A DNA stretch of 64,000 nt, from the NCBI GenBank assembly GCA_965237955.1, contig OZ250169.1:2144001-2208000 (forward strand). Direction: 5' to 3'. A model generated the notes under the pieces. It was not told where the DNA came from and searched no databases. It was given only the letters and a program-made list of their open reading frames with translations. Source of the stretch: Candidatus Marinacidobacterales bacterium. Its GTDB lineage: Bacteria; Acidobacteriota; Vicinamibacteria; Marinacidobacterales; SMYC01. A program made the translations under genes and the position numbers. Positions 9,898 to 19,815 of this stretch are shown one piece after another. The first letter of the stretch is position 1, and every line of letters starts with the position of its first letter.

Positions 9898-11679
9898 TCA
9901 AGAAGCTTTTTCCTCAATCTCCTGCTCTTTGTACTGCAGCTGATAAAGCTTGTAGTAGATGCCTCGTTCCGCGAGGAGCTCTTGGTGGGTGCCCACCTCG
10001 CGGACGCGGCCTTTGTGGAGGACGACGATGCGGTCCGCCTTTTGGATCGTCGACAGACGGTGGGCGATGACGATGCTCGTTCTCTCGGCGAGCAACCGCT
10101 CGAGTGCTTCGCGCACGAGAAGCTCCGTGTGCGTGTCCACGTTCGATGTCGCCTCGTCGAGGATCAGGATCTTCGGATCGTGGACGAGCGCGCGAGCGAA
10201 CGAAACGAGCTGTTTCTGCCCGGCCGAGAGCGACGATCCGCGTTCCTTAACCTCTTCTTCGAGCCCGTTCGGAAGCGTCGCCACCCACTCGTCCAGATTC
10301 ACCGCGGCGGCGGCAGCCGCCACCGCTTCGTCGGAAATACTTTCGTCGCCGAGCCGGATGTTCGACGCGATCGTGCCCGAGAACAGGTGTACATCCTGAA
10401 GCACCATCCCGAACTGACGCCTCAGATTTTCGAGGTCCCAATCGCGAACATCGACGCCTTCGACGAGGACGCGACCGTGCTGGACATCGTAGAACCGCAT
10501 GAGGAGGCTCATGAGCGTGGACTTCCCCGCCCCGGTGTGTCCGACGACCGCCACCATCTCGCCCGGGCGGACGTCCACATCGACGTCGCGCAGCACCCAG
10601 TCGTCGCCCTCGTACGCGAACGAAACAGTCTCGAAGCGCACGCTTGTGTCTTGACGTTCAGGCGTTACCGGGTTGTCGGGCGTTCGGATCTCGTCTTCGG
10701 TATCGAGAAGCCCGAAAATCCGCTCGGAAGACGCCATCGCTCCCTGGAGAATGTTGAACTTCTCCGAAAGATCGCTGATGGGCCGGAAGAACTTCTCGGA
10801 GTACTGGATAAAGGCCACGAGCCCACCGAGCGTCAACGCGCCGAGCAAGATCTGCCCGCCGCCGTACCACACGATGAGAGCAATCGCGACTGCACTCAGG
10901 ACCTCCACCACCGGGTAGAAAATCGAGTAGTGAAAGATGGTCTCGATGTTCGCTTCGGTGTGCTGGCGGTTGAGCTCGCTGTACTCCTCGAATTTCCGGT
11001 CTTCCTGGCGGAACAGCTGCACCACCGTCATGCCGACGACGTTTTCCTGGATGAAGGCGTTCAGCATGGCGATACGGGTCCGCACCTTGCGGTAGACGAC
11101 GCGCACTCGGCGTTTGAAGACCATGGCGACGGCGAACAGCGCAGGCAAAACCGCGAACGTCACGAGCGCAACACGCCAGTCGAGGTAGATGAGTACACCC
11201 ATGATGCCGACGAGCATGAAAATGTCGCCGAAGATCGTGACCACGCCCGACGTGAACAGCTCGTTGAGCGCATCGACGTCCGTGGTAACGCGGGTGACCA
11301 GACGTCCCACCGGATTCTTGTCGAAATACGCCGGGTGAAGCTGCTGCAGGTGCGAAAAGATCTCACGCCTCATGTCGGCCATGACTCGCTGCCCGGCCAT
11401 GTTCATGATGTAGATCTGAAAATACGAGGTCACGAACTGCGCCATGAGGGCAAGCACGTACACGAGCGCGATGAGATTCAACCCCCCGAGATCGCCGACG
11501 GCGATGTAGTCATCGATCGCGACTTTGGTCAGGATCGGCCCGACGAGCTTGAGCGCGGAGACCAACAGCACGAGGACGAGCGACACCGCCACCACGAGCT
11601 TGTACGGCGCCAGATACGCGAGCAGGCGCCGCATCAAGCGGCCGTCGTAGACTCTGCCTAGGACTTCTTCTTCGTGCAT
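9898..11679 (-). CDS. ABC exporter, fused permease/ATPase (MdlB/YheH-like)
   Basis: GHTGAGKST, LSAGQKQ, ILDEATS; start taken at MHEEEVLG because the upstream MADGRW extension is the heptamer repeat. Confidence 0.92.
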   Translation of the reverse strand: MHEEEVLGRVYDGRLMRRLLAYLAPYKLVVAVSLVLVLLVSALKLVGPILTKVAIDDYIAVGDLGGLNLIALVYVLALMAQFVTSYFQIYIMNMAGQRVMADMRREIFSHLQQLHPAYFDKNPVGRLVTRVTTDVDALNELFTSGVVTIFGDIFMLVGIMGVLIYLDWRVALVTFAVLPALFAVAMVFKRRVRVVYRKVRTRIAMLNAFIQENVVGMTVVQLFRQEDRKFEEYSELNRQHTEANIETIFHYSIFYPVVEVLSAVAIALIVWYGGGQILLGALTLGGLVAFIQYSEKFFRPISDLSEKFNILQGAMASSERIFGLLDTEDEIRTPDNPVTPERQDTSVRFETVSFAYEGDDWVLRDVDVDVRPGEMVAVVGHTGAGKSTLMSLLMRFYDVQHGRVLVEGVDVRDWDLENLRRQFGMVLQDVHLFSGTIASNIRLGDESISDEAVAAAAAAVNLDEWVATLPNGLEEEVKERGSSLSAGQKQLVSFARALVHDPKILILDEATSNVDTHTELLVREALERLLAERTSIVIAHRLSTIQKADRIVVLHKGRVREVGTHQELLAERGIYYKLYQLQYKEQEIEEKAS

Positions 11680-11719
11680 ATCGGTGCGCCATCGGCCATC
11701 GGCCATCGGCCAGCAGCTT

Positions 11720-13465
11720 TCAGCTCAGGTGCTCTAGCTCCTCCTCTAATAGCTGTTTTTCGTGGAGGCTTGCGTATAGGCCTCCGTTCGCTACTAGCTC
11801 GTCGTGGTTTCCCCTCTCGATGATGCGGCCTTCGTCTAGCACGCAGATCAGATCGGCGTTTTTGACGGTGCTGACGCGGTGCGACACGAGTAGCGTCGTT
11901 TTCGCCTTCATCACGTCGGCTAGCTGCGACAGGATTCGTTCTTCGGTCTCGGTATCCACCGCGGATAGGACGTCGTCGAGAATCAAGATCGGAGAATCCA
12001 CCAACAACGCTCGAGCGATGGTGGCACGTTGCCGCTGGCCGCCCGAAAGGGTGACGCCGCGCTCTCCCACCATCGTGTCGTAGCCTTGTGGAAACTCCGC
12101 AATATCCGTGTCCAAGCCGGCGAGCCGGGCCGCGCCGTCGACGTCCGCGTCCGACGCGCTCATACTCCCGAAAGCGATGTTGTCGCGAACCGACTCTGAG
12201 AAGAGAAAGGCATCTTGCGGCACGAAGCCAACGGCTTTGCGCACCGACTCGACCGGTAGCTCGCGCACGTCGAACCCGTCGATGAGTACCGAGCCCTCGG
12301 TCACGTCGTACAGCCTGGGAACGAGCCGGGTCAGCGTGCTCTTGCCCGCGCCGGTGCGGCCGACGAACGCGACCGTCTGCCCCGGCTCGATCGAGAGATC
12401 GATGTCTTTCAGCACACGATCCCCGTTGCCGCGTCCCGAATAACTGAAGTCGACACCGCGGAACTCAATACGACCCGAGAGCGTCGCCGGAAACAACCGA
12501 CCGGAGACCAGCTCGGGCTGCTCGTCGAGAATCGCCGTCAAACGCTTCATCGACGCCTCCCCGCGCTGGTAGATGTTGACCACCCAACCGAGCGCGATCA
12601 TGGGCCAGGTGAGAAGGTTCAAGTACGCGAAAAACGCGACGAACTCACCAAGCGATATCTGGCTTGCCACGACCATGCGCCCGCCCCACCACAATACGAG
12701 CGCAGTCCCGACACCGATGAGCGACGCCAGCATCGGATAGAACGCGCCCCACACTTTCACCAGCCGCATGTTCCGGGCGAAGTACTCGTCGTTCTCGGCT
12801 GCGAACTTCGCTCGCTGAGGATCCTCTTGCGCGTACGCCTTCACGACGCGCATGCCGGAGAGGTTTTCTTGTGCGAGCGCGGAGATGTCGCTCATTTTTT
12901 CTTGGATAGCCTGGAAACGCTTGTGGATGATCGAGCCGAATCTCTTTACCAGGATCGACACCACCGGCATCACCGCGAGCGCGACGAGCGTTAGCTGCCA
13001 GCTAATCGAGAACATGAACGCGAGCGCGCCGATGGTGATCACCAACGTCTCCGCCGGATACATGATGCCCGGGCCGAGCACCATACGCACCGCGGTAATA
13101 TCGTGCGAGGCGCGCGACATCAAATCCCCGGTCCGCCAGCGATGGAAAAACGACGGGCTCATCTTCTGAAGGTGGCCGAAGAAATCACCCCGCAAGTCGT
13201 ACTCGACCCGACGCGATACTCCGATGAGGAGCCGTCGCATCCAGAACCGGAAAAACCCTTCAACCGCCGCGATACCCACGATGAGGCTGGCGTAGAAGGC
13301 GAGCTTCTCCGACGTCACTTCGATGGTCAAATCGTCGATCGTGCGCTTGAGCACTTGCGGGGTCAGGACGGCGGCCGCTTTAGCGAGCACGAGCGCGAGC
13401 ATCCCGAAAGCCATCGGTCTCGGATGGCGCGCGATGTAAGGAAGAAGTCGACGAAGCTGCTTCAT
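11720..13465 (-). CDS. ABC exporter, fused permease/ATPase (MdlA/YheI-like, degenerate-site partner)
   Basis: GRTGAGKST, LSGGQRQR, ILDDVLSAVD (Asp in place of the catalytic Glu). Confidence 0.92.
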   Translation of the reverse strand: MKQLRRLLPYIARHPRPMAFGMLALVLAKAAAVLTPQVLKRTIDDLTIEVTSEKLAFYASLIVGIAAVEGFFRFWMRRLLIGVSRRVEYDLRGDFFGHLQKMSPSFFHRWRTGDLMSRASHDITAVRMVLGPGIMYPAETLVITIGALAFMFSISWQLTLVALAVMPVVSILVKRFGSIIHKRFQAIQEKMSDISALAQENLSGMRVVKAYAQEDPQRAKFAAENDEYFARNMRLVKVWGAFYPMLASLIGVGTALVLWWGGRMVVASQISLGEFVAFFAYLNLLTWPMIALGWVVNIYQRGEASMKRLTAILDEQPELVSGRLFPATLSGRIEFRGVDFSYSGRGNGDRVLKDIDLSIEPGQTVAFVGRTGAGKSTLTRLVPRLYDVTEGSVLIDGFDVRELPVESVRKAVGFVPQDAFLFSESVRDNIAFGSMSASDADVDGAARLAGLDTDIAEFPQGYDTMVGERGVTLSGGQRQRATIARALLVDSPILILDDVLSAVDTETEERILSQLADVMKAKTTLLVSHRVSTVKNADLICVLDEGRIIERGNHDELVANGGLYASLHEKQLLEEELEHLS

Positions 13466-13521
13466 TCAGGAATGTGCGAGGAAACGGGGCAAGGGTCCAT
13501 CAATTCCGAAGTATAGCAATT

Positions 13522-13944
13522 CGGGCAGGAATCGCAGGAAAGCAGGAACGCAGGAAGAACAAGAAGAGCAGGAAGGCTTCGCGTCGATTGCTTTGTTCCA
13601 GTCGTTTCATCGGGGCAGAGGTGGACAACGTGCTCGCGTGCGCGAGCCGGTCGCTAGCGGGTGGTCACGACGACGGTAGCAACAGAGTCGGATGCGTCGA
13701 TCTTCTTGGTGGAGTCCGTCTCGGGGTCGAGCTCTACGATCGTGATCGTGAACCCGTCGAGCGCTTGCTCGTCTTTGCCTCCGGTTGTCGTTTTTTCGGC
13801 AGGAAAGCAGGAATGTCAGGATGTTCCAGTCTTCGTTTTGCGTGGCGGCAGGAAAGCCAAAATGACACCGTCCTACCCTCGAGATTCCTGAATTCCTGCC
13901 TTTCCTGCGTTCCTGTGTTCCTGATTTTCCTGAATTCCTGCCCG
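13522..13944. repeat. Intergenic element with inverted 8-9 nt CAGGAA/TTCCTG repeat arms
   Basis: CGGGCAGGAATCGCAGGAAAGCAGGAACGCAGGAA at left; TTCCTGAATTCCTGCCTTTCCTGCG...TTCCTGCCCG at right. Confidence 0.75.
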
Positions 13945-14010
13945 TGTTCTGTACTTGCTAATGGCACTACGTTCAGATAAAAGAACAACTTATTCCTGCA
14001 GGAGGCAATC

Positions 14011-14424
14011 ATGACTGCTGACGAGAATCTTCGGAAAGCGAAAGATATGTACGCAGCTTTTGATCGCGCTGAGATTGGAGCCATCATCAGTGGCCTGGCG
14101 GACAACGTCAAGTGGGGCACCAACACGACCGTCGAAAGCGACATTCCCTGGTTTGGCACCAAGAACGGACCCGCCGAGGTGGCCGAGGGGTTCTTTCAGG
14201 CCATCGTGGACACCTTGGACATAAAGCTGTTCGAGCGCAAGAGCTTCGTCGCGTCGGGGGACCAGGTCGCGGTCGCGTACCGCGTCGAGGGGACGTTCAA
14301 GAAAAACGGCAACGGCTACATCGACGAGGGGATGCACCTGTGGACGTTCGACGCCGACGGCAAAGTCGCGGAGTACGTCGCCTACAGCGATACCGCTGCG
14401 GTTCTGAAAGCGTGGACCGGCTGA
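14011..14424 (+). CDS. SnoaL-like/NTF2-family protein
   Basis: GGAGG RBS; MYAAFDRAEI...LADNVKW...HLWTFDADGKV pattern. Confidence 0.88.
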   Translation: MTADENLRKAKDMYAAFDRAEIGAIISGLADNVKWGTNTTVESDIPWFGTKNGPAEVAEGFFQAIVDTLDIKLFERKSFVASGDQVAVAYRVEGTFKKNGNGYIDEGMHLWTFDADGKVAEYVAYSDTAAVLKAWTG

Positions 14425-14515
14425 TCCCTGCCGGTGCGATCGTCATCTTCGCCGAATCGGGATACTCTGTGTACTATTCGTCCCTTTTTGACGCGCCGCT
14501 CGAGTGCGGCTGAGG

Positions 14516-14560
14516 GCCTGAATGCCTGAATGCCTGAATGCCTGAATGCCTGAATGCCTG
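14516..14560. repeat. Perfect tandem octamer (GCCTGAAT)x5 plus partial unit
   Basis: Direct reading of the sequence. Confidence 0.95.
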
Positions 14561-14838
14561 TGTCGAGCCGCAGGGCGGAGCCTGCTTTGGATTGCGAGTT
14601 GCCAACTGGGCCATCTCGAGTGAGCGTCCTGTCGCCGTTTTGCAAGGAGCCCCGACATTCTAGACACGGCCTCGTAGCGGCAGGACCTTTGCCGTTTTCG
14701 AGCCGACACGCTTAGGGTCCGCGAGCGCGGGATGTCGCTCTCGCGAGAATCGACTAGAATGGCAAACTTTGAGATGTCCTATTCTTTCTCTTTCCTCGAG
14801 CCCGTAGTAGCCGCGGCAGATCGAAAAGCAAAGTTGCT

Positions 14839-16575
14839 ATGAATGTCGAGTTGATCTCGGAAATGGCCTTTCACCTCATCGGTGGTCTCGGTATTTTTCT
14901 GCTCGGCATGAAGTATATGCAGCAGGGCCTCCAAGTCATCGCCGGCTCCAGGATAAGACGCATGATCAGCGTGGTCACGTCCAACCGGTTCCTGGCCGTC
15001 GGCATAGGGCTATTCGTCACCACCCTGGTTCAGTCGAGCTCGGTCACGTCCGTCATGGTGATTGGCCTCGTCAACAGTGAATTGATGGCTCTTACCGAAG
15101 CGATTGCCGTCATCATCGGAGCCAATATTGGAACAACGATCACCGGGTGGATACTGGCGCTGAAAATAGGCCAGTACGGTCTCCCGCTGCTCGGCATGGC
15201 TGCCTTCGGCTGGCTTTTCCTCAAGGGAGAAAAACTACGGTACTCAGCCCTCTCCGTGCTCGGGATTGGGATGGTCTTCTTCGGTTTGGAGATCATGAAG
15301 GACGGTTTCGGGCCGGTCAAAGACCTTCCGGACTTCGCGGCCCTGTTCCAGCTGTTCGAGGCTTCCGATTACGCGGGTGTCTTGAAATCGGCTCTCGTGG
15401 GCTGCGTGGTGACTCTCATCGTCCAATCTTCGTCGGCCACGTTGGGGATGACGATCGCTCTAGCCAACACGGGGGGGGTCGATTTTCAAACCGCGGGTGC
15501 TTTGGTTTTGGGGACGAACATTGGAACGACGATCACGGCTTTACTGGCGTCTTTGGGGGCGGACGATATCAACGCCAAACGTACCGCCTACTTTCACATA
15601 TTCTTCAACGTTACCGGCGTAGCCGCGGTCACGGCTCTCTTCCTTCCCGTCTATCTGCCTTTCATAGAGAACGTCGTTATCCGCGGCGTAGATCCTAATA
15701 TGCAAACGGCAGGAGGGACCTTTCCGTACATGACGGCGTCGATTGCCGCGGTACACACGGTGTTCAACGTCGTCACCGCGCTCTTGTTCATCCCTGTTGT
15801 TACACCCATCGCGAGCGCGCTCGAACGGCTCGTCAAATCAAAGCCCAGGGAAGAAAAGGTTCATTTGACGCATCTGGATTTTCATCTGGTGAGCTCCCCG
15901 TTGACGGCCATCGAGCAATCGCGCCATGAAATACAGCGAACCGATCAACACGTACGTGACATGCTGGACGATTTGCGTACCGTTATCACCGACGATAGCA
16001 CTGGCCGCGACGCGATCGACAAGGTCTTCGAGCGAGAACGCTTCATCGACGAGGTTCAAATCGAGGTCACGAGATTCCTGACCAAACTGCTTTCAGAAGA
16101 GTTGAGCTATAACGTCGCGAACGAGGCTCGGTCCCAGCTGCGATTGGCAGACGAGTTCGAGTCCGTGAGCGACTACGTCTCCAATGTCCTGAAGCTCTAC
16201 CTGCGATTGCGAGAAGCTGGCGTGGACCTGACCCTCCCCCAGCAAGAAGAACTACTGGGGCTACACGACTTGATTACCCGTTACTACGACCGCGTGCACG
16301 AGGGCGTGGGGGCGACCACGCCCGATGAATACCTGCCCAATATCCACAGGAACAGCCACGAGATCACCGCCGAAATCAGAGATTTGAGAGACCGCCATTG
16401 GAATCGATTGTCCGAGGAAACGGTCGATCCGTTAATCAGCACTACCTACATGGATATCGCCAACGCCTATCGCAGAATGAAGGATCACCTCGTGAACATC
16501 GGAGAAGCGGCAGTCGGCGGAAAATCGATTGCAAAACAGGAAATCGCTACTCCGGACGAAGTCGCAGCGGAGTGA
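14839..16575 (+). CDS. Na+/Pi cotransporter with C-terminal PhoU-like domains
   Basis: GGLGIFLLGM, two VQSSS...G(A/T)NIGTT repeats, helical C-terminus. Confidence 0.93.
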   Translation: MNVELISEMAFHLIGGLGIFLLGMKYMQQGLQVIAGSRIRRMISVVTSNRFLAVGIGLFVTTLVQSSSVTSVMVIGLVNSELMALTEAIAVIIGANIGTTITGWILALKIGQYGLPLLGMAAFGWLFLKGEKLRYSALSVLGIGMVFFGLEIMKDGFGPVKDLPDFAALFQLFEASDYAGVLKSALVGCVVTLIVQSSSATLGMTIALANTGGVDFQTAGALVLGTNIGTTITALLASLGADDINAKRTAYFHIFFNVTGVAAVTALFLPVYLPFIENVVIRGVDPNMQTAGGTFPYMTASIAAVHTVFNVVTALLFIPVVTPIASALERLVKSKPREEKVHLTHLDFHLVSSPLTAIEQSRHEIQRTDQHVRDMLDDLRTVITDDSTGRDAIDKVFERERFIDEVQIEVTRFLTKLLSEELSYNVANEARSQLRLADEFESVSDYVSNVLKLYLRLREAGVDLTLPQQEELLGLHDLITRYYDRVHEGVGATTPDEYLPNIHRNSHEITAEIRDLRDRHWNRLSEETVDPLISTTYMDIANAYRRMKDHLVNIGEAAVGGKSIAKQEIATPDEVAAE

Positions 16576-16589
16576 AACCATTGCTTTCA

Positions 16590-18605
16590 CTATCTGGGCG
16601 CGCCCTCGATGCGGCCCGCACCGTCATCGACCAGATCCTGATAGGCGACGTCGCCCAGGCTTCGGTAGAGGGCTAGGGCCTCCTGTCGTTGGCCCATGGC
16701 TTCGAGTGCACGCGCGCGGTTGTAGATGAGATCGGAGGCGTCGTAGGGCGCCTCCGGATCGATCGAGCCCATCGCCGCCTCGAATGCCGCGGCCGCGCCG
16801 GCTAAATCGCCGCGCTCGAACAGGCGCAGCCCGTTTTCGAGCTCACCTTCTACGGGCCCTGGTTCGAGAAACGACGCGACGTTTCTCCTGAAGTACATGG
16901 GGCCGTTCGGAATCGCATCGACGATGGCGCTACGCACCTCGACGACTTCGCTGTCGATCACCTTGCCTGCGCAGTCTTCGAAGACGACGTCGGCGTCGCG
17001 AACGAGCCGCAACCCATCGCAATCGGGACTCGCGGAGTAGCGGAACACCGCACCGGCCTGAACAGAAGCCACGCCTGCCGGTTCGTCATCCTCCGGTGCA
17101 ATCCAGACAACGGAGAGGTCGTGCCCATCGTCCTCGAGAACGAAGTTGAAATGACGCATCCCGTCGAGCGTTTGGAACGACCGCTGTAACAACACTCGTC
17201 TGGGACCGTTTTCCGCGTTGTCCTCAGTCACCGCGACGAAGAACACGCCTTGACCAGGCGGCGCGGTTCGCCGCACGTCCGGGTCCAAATCTTGAACCTC
17301 TTCGAGAAGCCGGTCGCCGATATTAGTCCCCAGAAGCGCCAACGTTCTCGTCTTCGCAGACCGCGCGCCGCGAAGGCTTCCGAGCGCCTCCATCATCTCG
17401 AAGCCCAGATCGCGACCTTCCGAGTCTCGCGCGATCCGCTGTGTCAGTTGCCGCAGCCTTTCGTACAAGTCGTCGAGGGGTGCCGGACCCGCTTCGAGCT
17501 TCTCGAGCTTGTCGATCCACTCGTACAGCATGCGGTGCTCGTTCACCTGTCTTTCGAGCGCCACAAGCTGGACGCTGGCCTCCTCGGGCTCGTCTTCCGT
17601 CGGCAGATCAGGCGCGTGGAGAAACGAGAAGACCGCGGCGAGCTGGCGTCGGATCTCGCCCGCGCGGATTTCGGGGGACATCGGGAGTCGGATTTGGGTG
17701 ATCCCACCCCGAGCCACGATGCGGAGCTCACCTTGAGGAGCGAACGCAAGCGTCGGCGGAAGACCCTCGATACGTCCGACGCCAACGCTCATCGCGAGCA
17801 AGCGAACGATGCGGCGGGCGATTGGAAGCTCCTCTTCGGGAACGAACGCGGTGAGCGCGATGGGCGTACCGCTCCGCTGCGCCGCCATGACGGGCCTCGT
17901 GATCCCGTCGAGCTGTTCGCTGCAGTGGGCGCACACGTCGACCGGGTTGTACACGAGGAGGAGACTTCCTTGGCGGTAGAGCTCGGCGGTGTTCAGCGTG
18001 CCCGCATCGGTGACGGTCTGAAGTCGCGGAAACGCACCGGGCACCAACTCGAGATTCGGAAACTCCGCCTGGAGCTCGGGAAACCGTAGCTCGTCAAGGC
18101 TGGCTTTGAGCGCGTTTCGTGAGCGGAAGATGCCGGTCTCGAGCAACATCCCTTCGAGTCGAAGCCGGTCGGAGCCCGGGCTCAAATATGCATCGAGCAG
18201 GTAGTCGAGGCGCTCGGAAATACTCAAGTCTTCGTCGTCGGCCATGAGTAGAAAGAGCTCGAAATCAGGCGCCATCGCGCCAGAACGCGCATACGCCTTC
18301 CGCGATGCGCGCCATCGCCCCTCGGCGGCGAGGGCGTCGCCGAGCGTGCGGAAATACGGAGCTCTGCGGGCACGATACGTCTCGCGGGCCGCGAGGATCA
18401 TCTCGTCGAACAAGATCCCTTTTTCAGGGCGCTCCTCGATCTCCCGTTCGGGAACGAACTCGAGCGACGCGTCGAGCGCCTCGCGCACCGATTCTTCCGC
18501 GCCCACAGCATCGCCGGCTTCGAGCTTTTGAACCGCCTCTTGATAGGCGACGTCCGCGGAGCTCTGAACAACGACTGCCAGCAGCCCGGCCAGGGCGAGC
18601 CTCAT
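16590..18605 (-). CDS. Secreted hypothetical protein with TPR-like segments and a central CxxC
   Basis: ATG overlaps the upstream stop (ATGA at 18602-18605); signal-like MRLALAGLLAVVVQSSA; VCAHCSEQL; C-terminal YNRARALEAMGQRQEA. Confidence 0.7.
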   Translation of the reverse strand: MRLALAGLLAVVVQSSADVAYQEAVQKLEAGDAVGAEESVREALDASLEFVPEREIEERPEKGILFDEMILAARETYRARRAPYFRTLGDALAAEGRWRASRKAYARSGAMAPDFELFLLMADDEDLSISERLDYLLDAYLSPGSDRLRLEGMLLETGIFRSRNALKASLDELRFPELQAEFPNLELVPGAFPRLQTVTDAGTLNTAELYRQGSLLLVYNPVDVCAHCSEQLDGITRPVMAAQRSGTPIALTAFVPEEELPIARRIVRLLAMSVGVGRIEGLPPTLAFAPQGELRIVARGGITQIRLPMSPEIRAGEIRRQLAAVFSFLHAPDLPTEDEPEEASVQLVALERQVNEHRMLYEWIDKLEKLEAGPAPLDDLYERLRQLTQRIARDSEGRDLGFEMMEALGSLRGARSAKTRTLALLGTNIGDRLLEEVQDLDPDVRRTAPPGQGVFFVAVTEDNAENGPRRVLLQRSFQTLDGMRHFNFVLEDDGHDLSVVWIAPEDDEPAGVASVQAGAVFRYSASPDCDGLRLVRDADVVFEDCAGKVIDSEVVEVRSAIVDAIPNGPMYFRRNVASFLEPGPVEGELENGLRLFERGDLAGAAAAFEAAMGSIDPEAPYDASDLIYNRARALEAMGQRQEALALYRSLGDVAYQDLVDDGAGRIEGAPR

Positions 18606-19780
18606 GTCGCCGCCAGCCGTCCAAGCCGCAACCCGGCTTCGTCGAGCGTCGCTTTTTTCTTGCAAAACGTGAAACGAAGTTTTTGCGCACCGTCCTCGGG
18701 TCGATGATAGAAGCTCGAGCCGGGCACGGCGGCAACGCCTATTGTCTCGATGAGGTGGCGAGCGAGCGTCACGTCGTCCGAGAAACCGAAAGACGAGATG
18801 TCCGTCATGATGTAGTACGCCCCTTTCGGAGTGTAGCAACGAAAACCGGCACGCTCGAGGCTGTCCAGCAAAATGGCACGACGCACCTCGTAGTCGCGTG
18901 CGAGCTTCTCGTAATAGGACTCAGGGAAATGCAGCGCGACCGCGGCCGCGGCTTGTAGGGGCGCAGCAGCGCCCACGGTGAGGAAGTCATGGACCTTCCG
19001 AATCGCGCTCGTCAGCTCTTCGGAGGCGATCGCCCACCCGACTCGCCAGCCGGTGACGGAATACGTCTTCGACAAACTGTTGATGGTCACCGTCCGCTCG
19101 CTCATGCCGTCCAAAGACGCGAGCGGAATGTGTTTGGCTCCATTGTAGATGATGTACTCGTAGATCTCGTCGGTAATGGCGATAACACCCCACTTCTGGC
19201 AGAGCGTGGCGATCCCCTGAAGCTCGACCCGACTATAGACCTTGCCGGTCGGATTGTTGGGCGTGTTGATGATAATGGCCCGGGTCCTGTTGTTGAACGC
19301 TTTTTCGAGCTCTCCCTCATCGATGCGCCAGTCGGGCTCGTGAAGCTGCACATAGCGCGGCACCGCGCCCGACAAAATAGTGTCCGGGCCGTAGTTCTCA
19401 TAGAACGGCTCGAACACGATGACCTCGTCCCCCGGATCCACCATTGCGAGCATCGTCGACATCATCGCTTCGGTCGAGCCGCAGGTGACGGTCAGGTTTC
19501 GTTCCGGGTCCACCGCCATGCCATAGGCAGCTTGGTAGCGCTCCGCGATCGCATCCCTGAACGGCTTGGCTCCCCAGGTGATGGCGTATTGGTTGACGTC
19601 GGCGCGCACCGCCTCGACAGCGGCTTCCTTGATTTCGGTGGGCGCGGGAAAGTCGGGAAAGCCCTGGGCGAGGTTGACAGCGTCGTGCTTTACAGCAAAC
19701 CGCGTCATCTCCCGGATGACGGACTCCGTAAACTGCAGCGCCTTGGCCGACGCCAGCGGTCGAGTATGAGATTCAGTCAT
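18602..19780 (-). CDS. PLP-dependent aminotransferase class I/II
   Basis: NLAQGFPDF, NTPNNPTG, DEIY, SLSKTYSVTGWRVG. Confidence 0.93.
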   Translation of the reverse strand: MTESHTRPLASAKALQFTESVIREMTRFAVKHDAVNLAQGFPDFPAPTEIKEAAVEAVRADVNQYAITWGAKPFRDAIAERYQAAYGMAVDPERNLTVTCGSTEAMMSTMLAMVDPGDEVIVFEPFYENYGPDTILSGAVPRYVQLHEPDWRIDEGELEKAFNNRTRAIIINTPNNPTGKVYSRVELQGIATLCQKWGVIAITDEIYEYIIYNGAKHIPLASLDGMSERTVTINSLSKTYSVTGWRVGWAIASEELTSAIRKVHDFLTVGAAAPLQAAAAVALHFPESYYEKLARDYEVRRAILLDSLERAGFRCYTPKGAYYIMTDISSFGFSDDVTLARHLIETIGVAAVPGSSFYHRPEDGAQKLRFTFCKKKATLDEAGLRLGRLAAT

Positions 19781-19815
19781 GCCGCATGTTCTCAAGAGAA
19801 GGATGCGGCTATCGG

